Below, piece by piece: positions 1-5,560 of a stretch of DNA of 24,000 nucleotides. This DNA is from an uncultured Atopobiaceae bacterium (GTDB lineage: Bacteria; Actinomycetota; Coriobacteriia; Coriobacteriales; Atopobiaceae): NCBI GenBank assembly GCA_963539685.1, contig CAUTMX010000003.1, positions 15,313 through 39,312 of the forward strand, in the 5' to 3' direction. The number at the start of each line of letters is the position of its first letter. Position 1 is the stretch's first letter. Both the position numbers and the translations under genes were made by a program. The notes under the pieces are model-generated. The model worked only from the letters and a program-made list of their open reading frames with translations, was not told where the DNA came from and searched no databases.

Positions 1-201
1 ATTACTGTCGAGGAGCACAGTGTTTTGGGTGGGTTTGGCAGTGCAGTTGTCGAGCAGCTCAGTGCATCAGGTGCATGCCCGCAGGCACTGCGTTTGGGCA
101 TGCCCGATAGGTACCTGGAGGCGGACGTTCACCACAACATTCTTGCGCGTGCTGGGCTATCGGTTGAGGGTCTACAAGAGGTTTTTCTCGCCAACTGCTA
201 A
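1..201 (+). CDS. dxs: 3' end (C-terminal 66 aa; the 5' part lies outside the window) of a transketolase-superfamily enzyme, most likely 1-deoxy-D-xylulose-5-phosphate synthase
   Basis: It is absent from the ORF track because it has no start in the window. Frame 1 reads ITVEEHSVLGGFGSAVVEQLSASGACPQALRLGMPDRYLEADVHHNILARAGLSVEGLQEVFLANC, then TAA at 199-201. The EE-x3-GGFGSAV ... LG-x-PD ... GL pattern is that of the DXS / transketolase C-terminal domain. Codon usage is GC-rich like the right-hand backbone. Confidence 0.6.
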   Translation: MTVEEHSVLGGFGSAVVEQLSASGACPQALRLGMPDRYLEADVHHNILARAGLSVEGLQEVFLANC

Positions 202-206
202 ATCAA

Positions 207-1871
207 CTAATCGAATCCTGGAAGTCTTTCTGTATACTCGCTTGATGATTTAACATTCCAAGAACGGCCGAATAACTTTTGAGAGCTCGACAATTTCAAT
301 ACAACCGATTCATCAATAATGGACTTTGTGTCATTTTGATAATGTTGCACATTATCAAAAGATATAAAGACTTGTTTTGTTTGCTCAGAATATAGTCTGA
401 TGATTTTAGAGATAGTAGAGTCTTCAATATCGTTGAACATAAATGAGTCATGTGCTATGGCTGGTAAAACAGTAAGATTTAAAAGTGCAACGTCAAAAAG
501 AATTACACTTCGTTGATTTGCTCCCGTTCCACTGTCATGTGGAGTTTCGTATTTATATGATGTGCTGCTATTTATAAATAAGCGTGGTGAGAAATGGTCT
601 AATCCAATAATTTTATTGTTTAACTGAGAGAGTTCGTTATTGAGAGAATCTTGAATGTCTTGAATTATAGACGTATAAAGCGTCTCTTTAGTTTTATTAA
701 GCTCAATCTTAAGATTCTTAGAAGAATGCCATTCTTTCCAAAGGTCAATTTTTCTTTGAAGGCTGTCAATCTCTTTTTCAATTTTTATAATTTCGTCTAT
801 GAAATCAGTTGCGTAAATGGTTTTTATTGGTAAGTTATCCAACTGCTGATATAGAGTCGATAACTCTTCAGTAAGATTTATCGACTCTTTCTGCACTAAG
901 GTCTTTTCATATTGGAAGTCTTCTTCAAGAAGCGTAAACAATTTTTGATGAAAAGATTCAATTTGAATCAATAATTTTAGATTCACGCCAGGGAAAAAAT
1001 TAGCAAACTCCTCAAGTTCATCTGAACTAATAAACGACTCAAGATGATCTGATGAATCAAGAATTCTTTTTCTTTCATTAATGATTTTAAGCTGTAATTT
1101 TGTATTGTTAATTTTATCTTCTAAGAGCTTTTTCTCTTGATAAATTTTGCGATCCGTCGCGTCAGGAATTTTTGATTGATTTGATTCAAGTTGAAAACGC
1201 TTGGACTGTAATTGAATAATTCTTTGTTCATACTGCGCTATCTTCGCACTAGATTGTGGAATCTTTTTAATTTCTTTATGTAAATATTCAAAATAGTTTA
1301 GCTTCTTTTTATTTGTCGCCAATGTATTGTTAACTTCTTCAAGTTTTTTATATCTATCAAATAGCTGAATTAGACTTATTAAATTTTTCTCTTTACTAGA
1401 TGGAAAAGGAGGCTCTAATGGATCTTTAGTTTTTAAGTTGGACTTTTCAGCTATCCTAAAATGTGAGCTAATAGCTGTTCTAAAAACAGCTTCATTCTCA
1501 ATAAACTGATACTTAAGGGCAAGAAAATGAACATACTCAGGATGATCTAGAATCGTTTCGACAGATTGATAAGTATCGCTGTATTTCTTTATCTCATTTG
1601 GTTTGTCCGTAGAACGAGAAAAACGAAATACTTCTTCATTAAATTTAAAAGCAAAAAATATCTCATGATTATCAAGATGCTTTACAGCGTCCGATTTGGC
1701 ATATGAATTTCCGCCATAAACAAAGTCCAATATCAATAATGATGTAGACTTTCCGATAGAATTAGAAGCTCCTTTTTCTCCTAGAATCACGTTAAGTCCT
1801 GAGCGAAATTGAATATGTTTTTCGGCCGTGTTAGCCTGTGGAATAGCGGGAGACCATAATTCTAACAGCAT
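207..1871 (-). CDS. Coiled-coil ABC/SMC-type ATPase, LmuB-like / DUF2326-like (ATPase component of a Lamassu / ABC-three-component-type system)
   Basis: 554-aa ORF. The N-terminus has a Walker A-like GEKGASNSIGKST followed by LLILDFVYGG. About 300 aa of K/E/Q/L/N-rich sequence in the middle is typical of a coiled coil. The C-terminus has an ABC-signature-like DSGTGANQRS and a Walker B-like LPAIAHDSFMF. Its ATG overlaps the stop of the upstream 86-aa gene by 10 nt (ATGCTGTTAG), with GAGG 8 nt upstream. Confidence 0.7.
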   Translation of the reverse strand: MLLELWSPAIPQANTAEKHIQFRSGLNVILGEKGASNSIGKSTSLLILDFVYGGNSYAKSDAVKHLDNHEIFFAFKFNEEVFRFSRSTDKPNEIKKYSDTYQSVETILDHPEYVHFLALKYQFIENEAVFRTAISSHFRIAEKSNLKTKDPLEPPFPSSKEKNLISLIQLFDRYKKLEEVNNTLATNKKKLNYFEYLHKEIKKIPQSSAKIAQYEQRIIQLQSKRFQLESNQSKIPDATDRKIYQEKKLLEDKINNTKLQLKIINERKRILDSSDHLESFISSDELEEFANFFPGVNLKLLIQIESFHQKLFTLLEEDFQYEKTLVQKESINLTEELSTLYQQLDNLPIKTIYATDFIDEIIKIEKEIDSLQRKIDLWKEWHSSKNLKIELNKTKETLYTSIIQDIQDSLNNELSQLNNKIIGLDHFSPRLFINSSTSYKYETPHDSGTGANQRSVILFDVALLNLTVLPAIAHDSFMFNDIEDSTISKIIRLYSEQTKQVFISFDNVQHYQNDTKSIIDESVVLKLSSSQKLFGRSWNVKSSSEYTERLPGFD

Positions 1872-2122
1872 AGTTCAACCTCATTATCCTCGTTTAATCT
1901 GATTTCTCCTAGTGCATACAGTTCGTCCAATGCTTGTAAAAAAGATGCAAGTTCAATTCCTTTTTCTTGATGCAATAAGTGGAAAAGAGTTTTTGGTGAA
2001 CATGAATTTGATCTTAGGGATTGTTTAATCTGATAAATCCACATCATATCACTCTCACTAAACGAATAGATTTTATTGGGGAGTTTCACTTTAATCACCT
2101 TTTGGTATTTCAAATACATCAC
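1862..2122 (-). CDS. Small middle-component protein (LmuC-like / ABC-3C middle component), 75-86 aa
   Basis: This small ORF is wedged between the effector-like gene and the ATPase and overlaps both. The track start is GTG 2122. An alternative GTG at 2089 lies 1 nt after the upstream TAA (2091-2093) and 6 nt after an AAGGTGA Shine-Dalgarno, so it may be the real start. The helical C-terminus FLQALDELYALGEIRL fits what I recall of middle components. The assignment rests mainly on size and position. Confidence 0.5.
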   Translation of the reverse strand: MMYLKYQKVIKVKLPNKIYSFSESDMMWIYQIKQSLRSNSCSPKTLFHLLHQEKGIELASFLQALDELYALGEIRLNEDNEVELCC

Positions 2123-3248
2123 AGTTTTGGATAAAAAAAGAAACTACTATTCGACAAACAGAGTCACTTTGATTACTTATGTTTTTAAAATAATCAACTA
2201 GCTGAATAAAAATTTCTTCTTGGGAGTTACTTTTATCTCTTAGCTGTAAATACTTCAGCCTAACACTGGCTTGAAGTAGCTCATATTTAATATCACCCTT
2301 TTCATCTAATTGTTTAATAATATTGCGTACAAATAAGTACGTCCTTTTTACTAAAGCCTCAATCTGAATTTTGTTTCCGTAATCGAGCGAAGAATCAAAT
2401 TTTTCTGAGGGTTTGACCGGACTTTTAATTTCGTTATTTTCGATATGTAGGCCTATATTGGATATTTGAGTCAACAACTCACTAATTGATTGATCAATGC
2501 TTGTCTCCAAGAGGAGATTTTGCATTTCATTTTGTGAGATATGGCTTTGTTTTAATTTTGTGAAATATTCTGTTTGCTCTGATGAAAGATGCCCTTGTAG
2601 TCTTTCAAAACAGAGCGGACAGACCGCAATTAAGTTTTCATACCGCCCTGCTTTGGTTTTTGTTTTCATTTTTAAATCAATTACTTGGAAATTATTAATA
2701 GTTCTATTTTTATCTATATAAGCTAATAGAGTATTGCAGCCTTTGTTCATACATATGTTATTTGCATCTCTAAGGAGATAAGCTCCAAATTTATCTATGT
2801 AATCATTTGACAATTCTAATAAAGGCAATTGATTGTTTCTGATGTTCCTTTGATTATTCGTAGGAATACCTAACAGAAGGAAAAGCAAGCGAATAATTTT
2901 CTCTGCAAAATTATTCGCTGAAACATCAGTTAAGCCAAGTTGAACTGTGCAATCTTTAAAAAATACCGCTTTTGCAGTCCTATTCATCTGTTCAAAGTGT
3001 CTTTGCATTGAGTTTTTAAGTTCAATATAAGAAATCCTGGAAGATATTTCGCTCACTATACGCTTCGGGAGGCTCCTGTTAATCCAATTTTTTAGAGTGT
3101 AGTCAGGATAGTTGACTATTAAGTCAGTTTCATTGTTGGAACAAGTAGTTATCTGAGTAATAAGTGTACGTAGATAAGCAACCCTTGATCTATCGTCACT
3201 AAAATATTTATACATGAATTCAAAGAAGCTTTTCCACGACTGATTCAT
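2091..3248 (-). CDS. Effector-like first gene of the three-gene operon (LmuA position). It has a central 4-Cys HNH-like/zinc-ribbon motif and no catalytic domain I can recognise.
   Basis: 385-aa ORF with AAGGAG 9 nt upstream of ATG 3248. The central motif is C-MNKG-C, then about 38 aa, then ENLIAVCPLCFERLQGH. The rest is predicted helical, and the C-terminus ends CRIVVSFFIQNCDVFEIPKGD. The stop overlaps the next gene. Confidence 0.55.
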   Translation of the reverse strand: MNQSWKSFFEFMYKYFSDDRSRVAYLRTLITQITTCSNNETDLIVNYPDYTLKNWINRSLPKRIVSEISSRISYIELKNSMQRHFEQMNRTAKAVFFKDCTVQLGLTDVSANNFAEKIIRLLFLLLGIPTNNQRNIRNNQLPLLELSNDYIDKFGAYLLRDANNICMNKGCNTLLAYIDKNRTINNFQVIDLKMKTKTKAGRYENLIAVCPLCFERLQGHLSSEQTEYFTKLKQSHISQNEMQNLLLETSIDQSISELLTQISNIGLHIENNEIKSPVKPSEKFDSSLDYGNKIQIEALVKRTYLFVRNIIKQLDEKGDIKYELLQASVRLKYLQLRDKSNSQEEIFIQLVDYFKNISNQSDSVCRIVVSFFIQNCDVFEIPKGD

Positions 3249-3487
3249 TTTCTCTAACTCTCCTTAAAAAGTGAACCAAATGAATCTACTTGAATCTTTC
3301 TATTTGAATGAGTCTTTTATTCTATAAGCGCTTTCAAAACAGATTCTTAAACATGTTCATCAGCTTTCTTAAAAGGAGGCCATATGTAATAGGATAATAA
3401 AAAATGATAAAAGATTTAAGTATCTTTTATCTGATTTCGGTAAATGGTGCATTTCTAGAGTGCTTCATTCGTAGTCAAAATCTCGTT

Positions 3488-3578
3488 AGGAAGACCATCT
3501 GATTTAGCGCGGAGTTAATAACTCCGCGCTATGAGTAGTCTTCCTTATAGCTCAGTGGTCTTCCTCCTTTTGGAGGAA
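3488..3578 (+). promoter_or_regulatory. Structured 5' leader of the regulator gene: nested long hairpin plus a Shine-Dalgarno-sequestering hairpin
   Basis: AGGAAGAC (3488-3495) pairs with GTCTTCCT (3538-3545). These arms enclose a perfect GC-rich 11-bp stem, AGCGCGGAGTT / AACTCCGCGCT (3506-3516 / 3520-3530). A second GTCTTCCT copy lies at 3558-3565. TTCCTCC (3561-3567) pairs with the SD GGAGGAA (3572-3578) across a TTTT loop, 2 nt before ATG 3581. Confidence 0.5.
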
Positions 3579-3580
3579 AA

Positions 3581-4156
3581 ATGAAAAGGGATTACTCAGT
3601 ACTAATTTCAAGTGAAGACAATAATGCTAGTAGCTTTCCAAAGCAGAAAAAGTTAACCATCAGTAAGAAGGAAATGCAGCAATATGCCAATCGACATAAT
3701 TGCGGCAAAAGCAAACGTGAACTAACTTTGTGTCTATCTATTTTACAGAATGCGCTAAATAGTATTTCAAAAGACGAGCTAAATCAATCCAAGTCCTATT
3801 TTCGTCAGGACAGGAAATACTCTTCTATTTGCTCAATTTCAGAAGAGAGTCCTAACCAAAATGAGGCGTTATTTTACAAAGTTATTATACCTTCTGCCGA
3901 AGATGAGGTGATTCAACAAGAAAATGAAAAGCAGATAAAAACTTTAGCTCAGAAAATCACAACATCAGCACAAGAATTTCTGACTAAAAAAGAGATAGAA
4001 GTGTTTAGACTGCACTTCATCGAACATATCTCTGCAAGTTCGATTGCTGATAAAACCAACAGATCTAGGCCGGCTATTACAAAATTAATAAAATCCATCC
4101 AAAGGAAAATGAAAAAAAGATTTGAAGATGCCTGGGAAAAGATCATCGTGGAATAA
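3581..4156 (+). CDS. Small DNA-binding regulator with a sigma-70 region-4-like helix-turn-helix at the C-terminus
   Basis: 191-aa ORF with a strong GGAGG SD. The C-terminal LTKKEIEVFRLHFIEHISASSIADKTNRSRPAITKLIKSIQRKMKKRF follows the sigma70_r4 / LuxR-type HTH pattern (L-x4-r-x-vf-x-L ... s-x-x-eIA ... v-x-x-x-l-x-r-x-x-x-k). I see no obvious region 2 in the N-terminal half. Confidence 0.6.
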   Translation: MKRDYSVLISSEDNNASSFPKQKKLTISKKEMQQYANRHNCGKSKRELTLCLSILQNALNSISKDELNQSKSYFRQDRKYSSICSISEESPNQNEALFYKVIIPSAEDEVIQQENEKQIKTLAQKITTSAQEFLTKKEIEVFRLHFIEHISASSIADKTNRSRPAITKLIKSIQRKMKKRFEDAWEKIIVE

Positions 4157-4203
4157 AAGATACATCTTAATTAGCCCTCATAAAGATAGTTAGTTAGTTG
4201 GAA

Positions 4204-4839
4204 CTATCCCTTGCCCATTGAGATGATGAACAAGGGATAGTCCCCATGTTCTTGATTGATTATTTTTTCAACTTCTTGATTTGTAGTAATGCGCCCGATT
4301 CCATTATTCCAGGTGACATGCCAGTCACAGTAAAGGACTGATTTTTCAGGTTCTTGCGGAGGTGTATATATCCCACCAATCATTTCTCCCTCGCAAATGG
4401 GTGATGGCATTGAATAGAACCACACATTATCTGAATATTCATCAGTAAAAGTTACACATGCAATTTGAGTCTCAGGATTAGGGGTGTCACATTGGACCCA
4501 TTTAATACTTCGGGGGTTCAAGCTCCCAGTAAAAAGAATATATATAATCAATGCAGACATAGGTATTATCGCAATGGTTTGTAAAACGGTGTGCACAAGT
4601 TTTCTACTATAGTTTAAAGACTCAAAAAAGCTGCGAGATGACACGATTAAAAAAATGACTATAGCCGCTAAAATAAAGCATACCATCCAGTGTCTAAAAA
4701 ACAATACTCCTAAAAAACACACTGGAGTAGGATATGTTATGAACGGAATGAATTCATTTGCATAGAACACGAGAAAGAGAGCTGCTAAATAAATGGCCGC
4801 TCTTAGTAAATGAACAAGGCGATTAGTCTTTGAAAGCAT
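4204..4839 (-). CDS. Integral membrane protein (about 4 TM helices plus a ~100-aa C-terminal soluble domain), paralogue A
   Basis: 211-aa ORF with four long hydrophobic stretches in residues 10-110, then a W/C/P-rich soluble tail. It shares length, topology and the motif Y-x-TPV-x-FLG-x-L (ITYPTPVCFLGVLF) with the 212-aa ORF at 7893-8531. Confidence 0.7.
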   Translation of the reverse strand: MLSKTNRLVHLLRAAIYLAALFLVFYANEFIPFITYPTPVCFLGVLFFRHWMVCFILAAIVIFLIVSSRSFFESLNYSRKLVHTVLQTIAIIPMSALIIYILFTGSLNPRSIKWVQCDTPNPETQIACVTFTDEYSDNVWFYSMPSPICEGEMIGGIYTPPQEPEKSVLYCDWHVTWNNGIGRITTNQEVEKIINQEHGDYPLFIISMGKG

Positions 4840-5134
4840 CTCATTACCTCATTCTGCAAGTTTGAGAAATAACATCAATGCTATCTCTACACATCATTAT
4901 AAATAGTTAATTGAAAATAGTCCATCAGTCATCGCTTAGCATAAATCGATAAGTTTATATAAGTTTTTAGGTTAATTCCCTTCCTTTTTCTGTCCTTAGT
5001 TTAGAGACGGATTTGAATTATCAGATTTGACTCAATAAATATGTGATTTGTGTAAGGAGGCAAAAGATGAATCATTAGAGGCTGTGGGATATCGTTCTGG
5101 ATTTTGTAATGAGACGCATAAACAAGGAGTAGAT

Positions 5135-5506
5135 ATGATTGAAAGTGTGAGTAGCAACATTAATCCATTTAGCGTGAATTTTATTAGTACGGAGACACTG
5201 TCTGAATTTAGTACTTCTTATTTTCGAGTAGAGCTCAGATTGGGCATTTACGGAGGTAACAGGTGGTGTTGGGTTAGAGTAACTGTTCGTCGGGGTAGTA
5301 ACATGGAGCCTGGAAGCACTGCTTCAGTATGGACGCCTAAGCGATCTGCGTATGGAGCAAATCATTTGTCTGGAGGAGGCAATTGGTCTCCTGGATCAGT
5401 TTATTGTACAGATGCAATCTCTCTAGGTCCAACGGGAAGAGTTGGTGTTACATATTCAGGTGGCGAGCCTGGAAATGTTCAAAAGAAATCCATTACGGTT
5501 TATTAA
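5135..5506 (+). CDS. Small G/S/W-rich protein of unknown function (123 aa), co-transcribed with the large PG-binding protein
   Basis: ATG 5135 is preceded by AAGGAG (5125-5130). The track's TTG 5048 start has no SD of its own, so it is less likely. The sequence is MIESVSSNINPF...GIYGGNRWCWVRVTVRRGSN...SGGGNWSPGSVYCTD...ITVY. I recognise no signal peptide and no family. Confidence 0.6.
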   Translation: MIESVSSNINPFSVNFISTETLSEFSTSYFRVELRLGIYGGNRWCWVRVTVRRGSNMEPGSTASVWTPKRSAYGANHLSGGGNWSPGSVYCTDAISLGPTGRVGVTYSGGEPGNVQKKSITVY

Positions 5507-5518
5507 TTCTTTAGTAGT

Positions 5519-5544
5519 GACCTCCCCATCAATATGGGGAGGTC
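5519..5544 (+). promoter_or_regulatory. Intercistronic 10-bp GC-rich hairpin between the 123-aa gene and the large gene
   Basis: GACCTCCCCA (5519-5528) pairs perfectly with TGGGGAGGTC (5535-5544) across the loop TCAATA. No T-tract follows, so it is not a canonical terminator. It buries the track ATG at 5534. Confidence 0.5.
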
Positions 5545-5560
5545 GATTGGAGTATCTTCA

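Noticed and set aside
20-253. 77-aa plus-strand ORF at the window start
   Set aside because: It is out of frame with, and overlaps, the clearly conserved DXS/transketolase-like C-terminus in frame 1. It also crosses the compositional boundary into the island.
5048-5134. TTG 5048 as the start of the small protein (152 aa, as in the ORF track)
   Set aside because: The nearby strong SD (5054-5060) lies downstream of that TTG and serves an out-of-frame ATG at 5067. An in-frame ATG at 5135 has its own AAGGAG at proper spacing, so the 123-aa version is preferred.
5135-5260. A double-glycine bacteriocin leader in the 123-aa protein (…FRVELRLGIYGG)
   Set aside because: The E-L and I positions are shifted by one relative to the LS-x2-EL-x2-I-x-GG consensus, and the putative leader (41 aa) is long. 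No C39-peptidase ABC exporter is nearby. I keep it only as a weak hint inside a finding.
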